Made by a program: the position numbers and the translations under genes. From Octopus sinensis (taxonomy: Eukaryota), in assembly GCF_006345805.1 (NCBI RefSeq), contig NC_043015.1:47120001-47184000 (forward strand): a stretch of 64,000 nt of DNA. Reading direction: 5' to 3'. Shown here one piece after another: positions 25,552 to 38,564 of this stretch. Within the stretch, counting starts at the first letter, position 1. Each line of letters starts with the position of its first letter. Below the pieces are notes generated by a model that was not told the origin of the DNA, did not search any database, and saw only the letters and a list, made by a program, of their open reading frames with translations.

Positions 25552-26402
25552 GGCCACCATACTGTGAAGTCATGAAATTTTTGCAATCTTTTCAGCCTTC
25601 TAAGGCCCCATTTTTTAAAATTCCTTTGTTACCTCTATGTTTCAGAGATTGTCTGGACTGCGCAGATAATATTTTTTTGTGTAGAAATACCCCAGGGGAT
25701 ATGCTTCAATAATTTTTGAATTTTAACTGCTTTCGGCAAAAACAAATATTTTGCAATTTTCTGTAATTATTTAAAGATGGCTGATAAAGAAGCCATTATA
25801 ATGTTTGACTAGGAACACATTCCTTGTTGGGTAAAATTGAGAATATGAATAATGAATGGCCTAAACTTAATGAGTCACCAAGGCGAAAAATGTTTCGTCT
25901 GTAAGCAACGTTAAAACTTTTGGTGTTAACAATAAGAACAACAGCAACAGCAAGTAGAGGCACAATGACCCAGTGGTAAGGGTAGCGGACTTGCGATTGT
26001 AAGAACGCGATTTCAATTCCCAGACCGGGCATTGTGAGTGATTGAGGCTCTGGCAGGGAGGTGAACCCCGCTGTACTCTTTCACCACAACTTTCTCTCAC
26101 TCTTTCTTCCTACTTCTGCCACAAAGCAGAGAAACCATGGTGTAACCCACTATGGTGTGGTAAAACTTTCAGACCCTAGTCTAGATTACAAATCCTCTGT
26201 ACCCCAGGATGGTTCAGCTCTCCACCCATTAAAAGACACTGTTTACGGAATGAGGATAACAACGTAGCTTTCGCACCCGTGCAACCGCCTGTCTATCGCT
26301 TGTGGTGGGTGGATTTTGAAGTTGCCACATGCATTCTTAGTTGCTTAGAGTAGGTTCGAATTTGAGATTATTTTTTTGTGGTTAATGGCGTGAGTCCTGA
26401 TT

Positions 26403-26530
26403 AGAAGAAGAAGAAGAAGAAGAAGAAGAAGAAGAAGAAGAAGAAGAAGAAGAAGAAGAAAGAAGAAGAAGAAGAAAAAGACGAAGAAGAAGAAGAAGAA
26501 GAAGAAGAAGAAGAAGAAGAAGAAGAAGCA
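26403..26530. repeat. (GAA)n microsatellite
   Basis: Directly visible. Confidence 0.95.
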
Positions 26531-26550
26531 GCAATAATAATAAGAAAGAA

Positions 26551-27170
26551 ATGAAGCATAAAAATGCAAATATTGCTGCTGCATCTGCAGTGAGAAATAT
26601 GGAAAGTTTTCCCATAGATAAAGAAGAATTAAAACTGGCAAGAAAAATTGTAAAAAGAATTAGAAGAAGGGTAGCTCCAAACCCTCCATCTGACCTGATA
26701 GAAAATATCACAAGATGCACAGGAAACATACCATTGCATTGGAGTCGAGTCTTGGCCGGTGGAAAATGCTCCTGAGAGTGAAGTACAAAAATACCTTGGG
26801 CACATGTGGGAACAAAAAAATCCACATCACCCAAGGAAAGAAGTTTGGAACCATTGAGGTGAGATTTGGGGCGGAAGAAGAAGCTAGATGTAATTTCGCA
26901 AACACTTTGAGGAATGACAAATTTTTTCTTAATCCCCAGCTATCTTGGCCGCCTTGCCAGGAATGTGCCACCAGAAAAATCCGTTACCTGGTTAGTGGTG
27001 GCCATCTTGGCAGGTTTAGAAAAAAGGGAATTCACAATATTGGAGGTCAAGAAACTACCTAAGCAAAACTGGATAGGTCTAGGTATGGAACTGACCTTGC
27101 AATACAAGCAGGACCATATCGACCAGCTGCCCGATCTAATCAATCCTCCAGACGGTACTCACCTGTCATA
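26551..27170 (+). pseudogene. probable Tx1/L1-like ORF1 (gag-like) remnant
   Basis: Three overlapping frames join into ENAPESEVQKYLGHMWEQ/KIHITQGKKFGTIEVRFGAEEEA.../IPSYLGRLARNVPPEKSVTWLVVAIL. The P.YLG...V..VPP pattern recalls Tx1 ORF1. Truncated by a SINE. Confidence 0.5.
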
Positions 27171-27745
27171 AGGCGGCGTGTTGGCAGAATTGTTAGCATG
27201 CCAGGCGAAATGCTTACTGGTATTTCGTCTGCTGTTACGTTCTGAGTTCAAATTCCGCCGAGGTCGACTTTGCCTTTCATCCTTTCGGGGTCAATTAAAT
27301 AAGTACCAGTTACGCACTGGGGTCGATGTAATCGACTTAATACCTATGTCTGTCCTTGTTTGTCCCCTCTGTGTTTAGCCCCTTGTGGGTAATAAAGAAA
27401 TAGGTATTTCGTCTGCCGTTACGTTCTGAGTTCAAATTCCGCCGAGGTCGACTTTGCCTTTCATCCTTTGGGGTCGATTAAATAAGTACCAGTTACGCAC
27501 TGGGGTCGATATAATCGACTTAATCCATTTGTCTGTCTTTGTTTGTCCTTTCTGTGTTTAGCCCCTTGTGGGTAGTAAAGAAATAGGTTCTCACTTTGAA
27601 ATAGGTTCTCGACTTTGCCTTTCATCCTTTGGGGTCGATAAATAAAGTACCAGTTTCGCACTGGGGTCGATGTAATCAACTTAAACCCTTTGTCTATTCT
27701 TGTTTGTCCCCTCTATGTTTAGCCCCTTGTGGGCAATAAAGAAAT
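27171..27745 (+). mobile_element. SINE family C, one head plus three tandem bodies
   Basis: Junction AAAGAAATA|GGTATTTCGTC after the first body; the third body is 5'-deleted. Confidence 0.85.
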
Positions 27746-27749
27746 ATAT

Positions 27750-28145
27750 TGGGATAATCTGGGCTAGTCAAGTCTGGGGAGCATTAAGATCATTCAAAGT
27801 AGACCTCACACATGGTTCCTGCAAGATGGAGCAACAGTTCATACTGCAAGAGAAACAATGCAGCTGCTATGGCAGTGCTTTGGAGAGAGAATAATCTCCT
27901 GCTACGGCAATATTAGCTGGCCTTCACATTCCCCAGACTCGACTAGCCCGGATTTTTACTTGTAGGAAAGAAAGAGGGGGTTTATGTCAATAAACTGAAG
28001 ACCCTAGCGCAACTGAAGGAGAAAATCAAATGAGAAATCAGAGAAGTGGTGTCTGAAACTCTTGAGGGTGTTATGGTACAAGATTTGGAAAATTGCATGG
28101 GTGTGCCAAGTCAAAAATGGCTGCCATTTAAGGGATGTCATTTTT

Positions 28146-28148
<3 letters not shown>
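27750..28148 (+). pseudogene. rosa-type (DD41D) Tc1/mariner transposase C-terminal remnant
   Basis: WFLQDGATVHTARET...WPSHSPDSTSPDF, with 41 residues counted between the second and third D; ends GCHLRDVIF. Confidence 0.88.
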
Positions 28149-29474
<1,326 letters not shown>

Positions 29475-29789
29475 TAATATATATATATACATATATATAT
29501 ACACACACACATATATCATCATCGTCATCATCATCGTCATCATTTAACATTTGCTTTCCATGCTGCCATGGGTTGGACAGTTTGACTGAGGGCTGGCAAG
29601 CCAGAAGGCTGCACCTGGCTCCAATCTTGATCTGGCAGAGTTTCTACAGCTAGATGCCCTTCCTAATGCCAACCACTCTGAGAGTGTAGTGGGTGTTTTT
29701 TACATGCCACCAGCATGAGATCCAGTCAGGTGGCACTGGGAACAGCCATGCTCGAATGGTGTTTTTTATGTGTTGAGTGTGTGTGTGTG

Positions 29790-29820
<31 letters not shown>

Positions 29821-30277
29821 GATGGACTTCTTTCAGTTTCCGTCTACCAAATCCACTCACAAGGCTTTGGTCAGCTCAAAGCTATAGTAGAAGACAGTTG
29901 CCCAAGGGTGCCACGTAGTGGGACTGAACCCACAACCATGTTGTTGGTAAGCAACCTATTTAACACACAGCCACTCCTGCACCTAAAATTCGCTATGAAA
30001 TTAAAATTATATTTGTACTTAATTGATTAAAAATTCAGGAAATTTATTTCAAAATTGTACATGCACTGGTTGAACCTTTCAGGGGTTAACTAGTGGTGAG
30101 AATTGTAGAGGGGGCTGGAAATAACTAGGTTAATTGGTCATAAAAAAGTAAGAATAAATCATCCTAAATATAATGAAAGTAAATTGCAATGGAAGCTGGA
30201 AGTGATAACAGTGACATCCCTTAATTTCATGTAAACAACGCATGTGACATAACCAAATGCATAGAACATACAATATA

Positions 30278-31177
30278 TCTTTATATATAAAAGTGAAGTT
30301 GTGTGTCTGTCTCCTACGATTTAGATTCCTAACTACTCCCACATTTTGCGGTGCAGTTTAACCAAATTCGGGTATCTTATAGTCGTGATTCATATCGAGC
30401 CCGTCTGGCTATTAGCGCGTGTCAACGATGAGTCTACGATTTAAAAAATAATTTAACATCATTTTTTATTCGATTTTAATGCATAATCTTTCGTGTGTCA
30501 ATGGCGGCGGAGTTGGCGTCCACGCTCACAGCTGCACCTGTTTGCTTCTCCCCCTTCCCTCCCTCGTGAAGCTGTGGGGAAGGGAGTGTAAAGAAATCAA
30601 CGTCGTAATGCGTTGTCAAGGAGACCAGCGTTCTTTTAGAACAACGACTTCATGGCTTGAAGAAACCAAAACAGAAATGGCTAAGAAAGCCCGAATTGGC
30701 TTCTATAAGGGAAGTAACTCTCTAAAAATGCTTATATAGTTATTTCCCTTACAAACCCGAGCAACGCCGGGCGATACTGCTAGTCTTTGTATATAAAAGT
30801 GAAGTCGTGTGTCTGTCTCCTACGATTTAGATTCCTAACTACTCCCACATTTTGCGGTGCAGTTTAACCAAAACCGGGTATCTTATAGTCGTGATTCATA
30901 TCGAGCCCTTCTGGGTATTAGCGCGCGTCTACGATGAGTCTACAATTTTAAAAAAATTTACCATCATTTTTTTCCATTTTAATGCATTTTCGCTATTATA
31001 TAAGGGAAGTAACTCTCTAAAAATGTCTACGATGAGTCAACGATTTAAAAAAAAATTTACCATAATTTTTTTTCCATTTTTAATGCATTTTTTGCTATTT
31101 TTTGGCTATAACTCTCTAAAAATGCTTATATAGTTATTTCCCTTACAAACCCGAGCAACGCCGGGCAATACTGCTAG
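30278..31177 (+). mobile_element. two non-autonomous Helitrons in head-to-tail tandem (30278-30783, 30784-31177)
   Basis: A|TC start, hairpin plus CTAG ends, direct CTAG|TC junction, final CTAG|T. Confidence 0.92.
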
Positions 31178-31328
31178 TTTAATATAATATGAAAACCATC
31201 ATATATATATATATATTATCTTAGTGCGCTCATTGCTGAGTATAGTAGATTGCAATGGTATACCATCTGAAATACCTCACATGTCTCTAGAAGGTAACTT
31301 ACATGTAGGTATCTGATAATATAGCATA

Positions 31329-31497
31329 GGTGTAGGAGTGGCTGTGTGGTAAGTAGCTTGCTTACGAACCACATGGTTCCGGGTTCAGTCCCACTGCGTG
31401 GCATCTTTGGCAAGTGTCCTCTACTATAGCCTCGGGCTGACCAAAGCCTTGTGAGTGGATTTGATAGATGGAAACTGAAAGAAGCCCGTCGTATATA

Positions 31498-31550
<53 letters not shown>

Positions 31551-31786
31551 GTGTGTGTGTGTGTGTGTGTATATGTTTCTGTGTCTGTGTTTGTCCCTCC
31601 AACATCACTTGACAACCGATGCTGGTGTGTTTATGTCCCCATAACTTAGTAGTTCGGCCAAAGAGACCGATACAATAAGTACTAGGCTTACAAAGAATAA
31701 GTCCTGGGGTCGAATTTGCTCGACTAAAGGCGGTGCTCCAGCATGGCCGCAGTCAAATAACTGAAACAAGCAAAAGAGTAAAGAGA
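31329..31786 (+). mobile_element. SINE family A, full length
   Basis: As 95-497. Confidence 0.85.
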
Positions 31787-32152
31787 AGGTAATGAGGGAA
31801 TTCTTTATGTCACTTTTATCAAATTTTAAGAGGGCACTGTCAGCCCTTCCAGTTTGAATCACAATTTACTTTCACCTTTTTAGGAAAATATACTTTCACC
31901 ATTCTACAATTGTAAACCCATGTTAACCATTGGCTGTGCTGTTGATGTCAATGAAAAGAAGGCATACCATACAGGATATTTGCTCCATATGAGAAATAAT
32001 TCTGAAAGTGGATTTTCAGATATTAGGCAATTTCCAATAAATCATTTTGTCATTACAACTAATTATTAATCAGATATTTTTCATATCCATATCCTGTTAT
32101 ATTGTATATATGTAAGATATTTTTCATATCTATATCCTGTTACATTGTTTGC

Positions 32153-32185
<33 letters not shown>

Positions 32186-32408
32186 CAGGTATTTATCTGT
32201 CTGTCTGTTTGTCTGCATGTATGTGTGCCTGTATAGCCACAAGTGTGGCCGTGTGGTAAGAAGCTTGCTTCCCAACCACATGGTTCATGGTTCAATCCAA
32301 CTGCATGGCACCTTGAGCAAGTGTCTTCTAATATAGCCTTTGGGCTGACCAAAGCCTTGTGAATGGATTTGGTAGATGGAAACTGAAAAAAAGCCCATTA
32401 TATATATA

Positions 32409-32451
<43 letters not shown>

Positions 32452-32710
32452 ATAAATAAATAAAACATATGCATATATACATACATATATGTACGTACCT
32501 ACCTCTACATGTATATATAGATGCATATATGGGTACAGGACACCAAAAAAACGTCGAACACAATGAGAAACGAAAACATAAACACAAAACAGGAAATGGA
32601 CATTTTTCTTAAACAACGAAAAAATAGAGTACAGGACATACAAAACAAGGCAAATTCCCCTTCTTCAGTCGCCTTTGTTTCATCTACTCCACGTTTCGAA
32701 GGTGTGTGTG

Positions 32711-32742
<32 letters not shown>

Positions 32743-32819
32743 TACATATATATATTGATAGAAATGACAAGACAACAAAAGAATGAAAGAGAACTCGGTA
32801 TTATGTAAATAGAGGAATT

Positions 32820-32920
32820 TATCTGTAAATATAATATGTGACTGTTATTCGGTAGCCATGATAAAACTCAGAGTTTTATCATGGCTACCGAATAATTGTC
32901 ACATATTATATTTACAGATA
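32820..32920. repeat. 50-bp hairpin palindrome with 1-nt loop
   Basis: Arms 32820-32869 and 32871-32920 are 48/50 complementary. The unfolded family member lies at 53430-53570. Confidence 0.92.
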
Positions 32921-32921
32921 T

Positions 32922-32968
<47 letters not shown>

Positions 32969-33011
32969 GAATATATATAAATATATATATACACATATAT
33001 GTATATATGTG

Positions 33012-33075
<64 letters not shown>

Positions 33076-33329
33076 CATATATATGTATATATGTGTGTGT
33101 GTGTCTTTGTGTCTGCACTTGTGCCGCAACCACTCCTTGACAACTGGTGCTGCTGTCTGTATGTCCCCGAAACTTAGCAGTTTGTCAAAAGGAATCGACA
33201 GAATAAGTACCAGGCTTTAAAATAAAAAGTACCGGGGTCTATACATTCAACTAAAAGTTCTTCAAGGTGGTGCCCCAGTATGGCCACAATCTAATGACTG
33301 AAGCAAGTAAAAGATAAAACAAAAGACCC

Positions 33330-33365
<36 letters not shown>

Positions 33366-33472
33366 GTCTTTTTGTATGTATGAATGCATGCACTCTTTAC
33401 AAATCTTTTACACATTTCAACCCCAAGGCTGTGACTATCCTGGGGCACCACCAGTTAAATAGAAATTTTTTC

Positions 33473-33545
33473 TACCTCTGATGGGACTCAAACCCACAAT
33501 CCCCAGTTTACGAAGCTGGTGCCTTATCCACTGGGCCACGGAGGC
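33473..33545 (-). tRNA. tRNA pseudogene, Arg(CCT)-like scaffold, anticodon now CGT
   Basis: 73 nt: GCCTCCG-TGGCCCAGTGGATAAGGCA-CCAGC-TTCGTAA-ACTGG-GGATT-GTGGG-TTTGAGT-CCCAT-CAGAGGT-A. One mismatch each in the acceptor and anticodon stems; TTC mutated to TTT in the T-loop. Confidence 0.75.
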
Positions 33546-33589
33546 TTCACACACTGGGCCACGGAGGCTTCACACACTGGGCCACAGTA

Positions 33590-34410
33590 TGCATAAATGC
33601 ATGCATGCATGTATGTATGTATGTATGTGTGTATGTATGTATGTATGTATGTATGTATGTATGTATGTATGTATGTATGTATGTATGTATGCATGTATGT
33701 ATGCATGTATGTATGCATGTATGTATGTATGAATGTATGTATGTATGTATGCATGCATGTATGTATGTATGTATGTATGTATGCATGTATGTATGTATGT
33801 ATGTATGTATGCATGTATGTATGTATGTATGTATGTATGCATGTATGTATGTATGTATGTATGTATGTATGTATGTATGTATGCATGCATGTATGCATGT
33901 ATGTATGTATGCATGTATGTATGTATGTATGTATGTATGCATGCATGTATGTATGTATGTATGTATGTATGTATGTATGCATGTATGTATGTATGTATGT
34001 ATGTATGCATGTATGTATGTATGTATGTATGCATGTATGTATGTATGTATGTATGTATGTATGTATGTATGTATGTATGTATGCATGTATGTATGTATGT
34101 ATGTATGTATGCATGTATGTATGCATGTATGTATGTATGAATGTATGTATGTATGTATGCATGTATGTATGTATGTATGTATGTATGTATGCATGTATGT
34201 ATGTATGTATGTATGTATGCATGTATGTATGCATGTATGTATGTATGCATGTATGTATGTATGTATGTATGTATGTATGTATGAATGTATGTACCTGTAT
34301 ATAGGTACCTGTGTATGCATGTATGTATGTACATGTGTATATGTGTATGTATGTACATGTATATGTATGTATGTATGTACATGTGTATGTATGTCTGTAT
34401 GTATGTATGT
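33590..34410. repeat. about 800-bp (TATG)n/(CATG) array
   Basis: Directly visible; source of the MYVC and HTYI ORFs. Confidence 0.97.
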
Positions 34411-34851
34411 CTGTAGGTACCAGAACCAGAGGCAGACCTTGTTTTGTGTAGATGGATGGAGTGAGGAAAGCTTTGGTGGTCAGAGGTGTTGGAGTGAGAG
34501 AGACAAGAGAGTTTACAAATGATAGGAAAGCTTGCCTCTTTGAGCTGGGAAATGAATGGAATACCTGGTGTGTGTCTTGTGGCTACCCACTCAAAATATG
34601 AGGAATAGGCTTGGGTATATATATTATTTAATCAGCAGACATTGCAAAGTCACTCAATTGCTGAGTGTTTCGTGTGAGTGTGAGTGTGAGTGCCAGTCTG
34701 GAAAACTCAATTTTGTCAAACCATCTGCACATTTGATTTGTTTATTGTGATCAACTGTATATGCTGTACATTAGCTCATCCCTCCATCAAATTGACACTA
34801 CCTGATCAGGTGCACGGTGTACTGCACATCAGTTGTTGAAGTAATCATAAT

Positions 34852-35100
34852 AATAATAATGAAATTATTGTATACAGTGCTCAAGTGCACCACAACTTGT
34901 CAGAAAGTGCATATAAAGTACATGCAGTAATGTAGAAATGTCTGGAAAGTGAACATGTTTGTGTGTGTATGGAGGGGAGAAAATCAAGTGTAGTGTTGGC
35001 GAATCTCAGGAAACATGGAAGTTTTGAAGGATGCAGTGCTCCGACAACTAACAACCGATGCCGGCAGTTTGTTCCACACTTCAGCAACTCTCAGCGTGAA
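34852..35100 (-). mobile_element. CR1/L2 3' end (same family as 20056-21065)
   Basis: Reverse complement matches 20800-21065, including the tail. Confidence 0.85.
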
Positions 35101-35435
35101 CATGAGATGAAGTGTTTTGCTCAAGAACAGAATACACCTCATCCAGGCATTGAAACCAGAATTTTGCGATTTTGAGTTGCACCACTCTAGGCACTAGGCC
35201 ATGCAATCATGCTTGGACACTACTTTGAAGAAGTCAGTCTGTAGCTGGTATGATGCATGTCTCTGGCCCTTGTACTATTACAAGTTCTTGGTTCTATGAG
35301 TTGTGTATAAAACAGTGGAAAGAAATACAAGAAACAAGTTTTCAATGGAACGCAACACCTTATTTATCTGCTAAATGAATTGTACAACAAATCACTTGGA
35401 TACATTAAGATAACTATCTGTAGAAATTATATATA

Positions 35436-35947
35436 CTGTAAATCCTCGAGTATAGTCTGCCCTTGAGTATAATACGCAGGGGATTTTTAGGGGGCTGTGT
35501 CTCTGAAAAACCCAAACCTTGTGTATAATAAGCACCCCTTTTCTAACTTGAGTCAAGGAGGTCTATATAACGTCCTTGGTTTGTAAAACTGTATAGGGTA
35601 ACGTCCTTTATTATTATTGTATATAAAACATAATGCAAACGTGTAGCTTTTTTGTGCATTTTGTTTGCAGAAAATAAAGCAATAACAGTAATAACGTTTA
35701 ATAAATGTTGCTTACTGCAAGTTATGGATGATTCTTTTATGCCTTCATTGCTTTCAGGCTTAGCTTAAGGTATTTTTGCGTCCAACATCACAAAATGCAT
35801 CTGAATAAACATTGCCGGACAGCAAATAGGGACTTGGACATTGCTTAGAAAATATTTTTCATTTTTAACCTCGTATATAGTATGCACTAGGGATTTTGAC
35901 CTTTAAATTTTGGGGGAAAAATGCGGATTATACTCGAGGATTTATGG
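35436..35947. mobile_element. Tc2/pogo-like MITE
   Basis: TIR CTGTAAATCCTCGAGTATA / TATACTCGAGGATTTATGG flanked by TA. Confidence 0.75.
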
Positions 35948-36650
35948 TAGTTGGCTTCTCAATTCAATCCAAAATTTGATTATATGTGCTTCGACAATAG
36001 GAACAAAATGACACGAGATTCTTCCAGAACGATTTTAACCTCACTGCCAAAAACAGGAAAATTTCTCTTGTTTAAAAATTAAATGAGGCTTACAGAGGCA
36101 CTTCATTTTGCTGCACTGGTTGGTCTATCACAGAATACAATTGGATATAAAACTGTATACCGCATAAAACTAGCTAGACCGATCCAAGAAACAGACTCAG
36201 TCAAGTATTACATCATCATGTGTCCAGTTTAAATGACCAGTTGTTAGGAAGGAACATGCCGGATGAGCTGAATTCTGACTATTTAAACTTAAATACCGAA
36301 ACATTTTATGGCAACAGTCTCACTACAAGTCTATAAAATCTGCCCAAATTCTTATTTTGAGTTTGATGCTTATTATTCTGTCGGTTTCTGTTTTAGCGAA
36401 TGACAAAGTTACTGGAATGTAAACAAACCATTGCAGTTCTCAAGCAGTGATAGGTAAATTCAAAGACAAATACACAGAGACAAAATATGTGTGTGTGGAA
36501 GGGAGGAAGGAAGGAAGGAAGGAAAGTAAGGAGACAAGGAGAAAAAAAGAAAGGAAGGGAGGAAGAAAAGAAGAAAAGGAAGGAACAAAGGAAGGGGACA
36601 AAGAAGGATGAGAAGGAAGAAGGAAAGATGAGAAGGAGGACGGAAGGTAA

Positions 36651-37150
36651 GAAGGTATGCAGACAAGCAGAAATGATTGGAAGAAAGCTGAGATTTGAGA
36701 GAGATTTGTTTGCTATTTCTAGCAATATGAGTGACTATGTAGAGGCTCTGTCATTGGCCCAATGTATCATACATAGAAGGTAGGCAGACAAGCAGAAATG
36801 ATTGAAAGAAAGCTGAGATTTGAGAGAGATTTGTTTGCTATTTCTAGCAATATGAGTGACTATGTTGAGGCTCTGTCATTGGCCCAATGTATCATACATA
36901 GAAGGTAGGCAGACAAGCAGAAATGATTGAAAGAAAGCTGAGATTTGAGAGAGATTTGTTTGCTATTTCTAGCAATATGAGTGACTATGTAGAGGCTCTG
37001 TCATTGGCCCAATGTATCATACATAGAAGGTAGGCAGACAAGCAGAAATGATTGGAAGAAAGCTGAGATTTGAGAGAGATTTGTTTGCTATTTCTAGCAA
37101 TATGAGTGACTATGTAGAGGCTCTGTCATTGGCCCAATGTATCATACATA
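36651..37150. repeat. tandem repeat, 125-bp unit x4
   Basis: Units start at 36651, 36776, 36901 and 37026 and differ at only a few positions. Confidence 0.95.
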
Positions 37151-37529
37151 GTTGTTTCCCCACTGCCACCACCTCCACCGCCACCACCTTGGTCTGTGTG
37201 TGGGTGTTTACAGATGAATTGTACATTGAGAAACAAAGAAGGCACAAAAGGCAGTGGAGGGTTGGAGCTGGTTCAAACTTCGTTTTTTTTCTTAATGGAA
37301 GGAAGAGCTTATTTTTCTTGGAATATGAGTCAGCCTGTCAATATTGCAACTCTGTCAATAGACATGTTTCTTGTGTAACTGTGGAAGGAATAACGCAGAT
37401 TTGCAAACGAGGTGCAGCCATTGTGTATAGATGTGTGTCTGTGTGTGGTAATGGTGTTCAATGCCCATTGCACAGCACTTTGGCAGGATTCTTGGAATCT
37501 TGGGGTTAACCACTACACCATATGCCTGT

Positions 37530-37619
37530 GGATGTATGGCATAGTGGTTAAGAGCGCAGGCTACTAACCCCAAGATTCCAAGTTTGATTCCAGACAGTGA
37601 CCTGAATAATAACAACAAC

Positions 37620-37651
<32 letters not shown>

Positions 37652-37653
37652 GG

Positions 37654-37695
<42 letters not shown>

Positions 37696-37860
37696 ACATT
37701 GTAAAATACCTTAGGAATGAGAACCCGGGTTCGAAATTTTCCCAAGACACCTGAAGAAGGCTGGAGGGTATATCAGCCGAAACGTTGTGTTAACAACACA
37801 CAAGATGAGGACAAATATCTGCCAAATGTAAATAATGTACATAATTCCTCATCTTCCAGA
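37530..37860 (+). mobile_element. chimeric element: tRNA-derived head, (TAA/TAG)n, then Penelope-like terminal segment with hammerhead
   Basis: A box TGGCATAGTGG, B box GTTTGATTCC, microsatellite, then the hammerhead at 37746. Confidence 0.65.
37746..37791 (+). ncRNA. minimal type I hammerhead ribozyme
   Basis: GACAC-CTGAAGA-A-GGCTG-(10 nt)-CAGCC-GAA-AC-GT-T-GTGTT. Stem I 5 bp, stem II 5 bp, palindromic stem III ACGT. Confidence 0.75.
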
Positions 37861-38403
37861 TATAGTACTGTGGGAAATCATGTTTAGAGTGACAAAACTG
37901 ATAATTTCTTAAAATATAATTATGATTTAAGTATAATAAATTATGATTCTGTATCAAAAAAAAAATTGTTGTAGAAGTCGCTTGTATTTTTTCGGTTTTT
38001 ACTTGTTTCAAATTTATTTTTCCTTCCCAGATTTGTTGTAAGTAGCTAAGCGCATGGTTGTGTGTTTAGACATGGCATGGCATTTGTGGTTAAGAAGATC
38101 GCTTTGCAACCACATGGTTTCAAGTTCAGTCCCACAGCACAACACCTTGAGCAAGTATCTTCTACTAAAGCCACTGGTCAACCAATGCTTTGTGAGTGAA
38201 TTTGTTAGATGGAAACTGTAAGGAAGACTGTCAAATATGTACATCTATACATGCATGCATAGCCATGTGGTAAGAAGTTCGCTTCCCAACTTGGTTCCAA
38301 GTTCAATCCCACTGCGTGGCACCTTGGGTAAGTGCTTTTCTCCTCAGGCTGATCAAAGCCTTGTGAGTTGATTTAGTAGACAGAAAACAAAGGAAACTCA
38401 TTG

Positions 38404-38455
<52 letters not shown>

Positions 38456-38528
38456 ATATATATCAGACGCCATGATAGATCGTTAGCCACTACACACATT
38501 TTTTTCTCTCCTTGTTTTTTCTGTGTAC

Positions 38529-38564
38529 CTTTCTGTAGAAGAGCGTAGGCTCGAAACGTAAAAG
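38529..38564 (+). ncRNA. minimal hammerhead-like motif, CUGUAGA core variant
   Basis: CTTT-CTGTAGA-A-GAGC-GTAG-GCTC-GAA-AC-GT-A-AAAG. All stems intact; A6 replaced by U. Confidence 0.6.

Noticed and set aside
33524-34522. Long ORFs of 235-305 aa (MYVC..., HTYI...)
   Set aside because: Pure (TATG)n translation. The same applies at 12212-12565, 42238-43340, 57124-57746 and 63060-63540.
36397-36453. Segment with good acceptor (TTCTGTTTTAG) and donor (AG|GTAAAT)
   Set aside because: Stop codons in all three frames. It could only be a non-coding exon, and I have no support for that.
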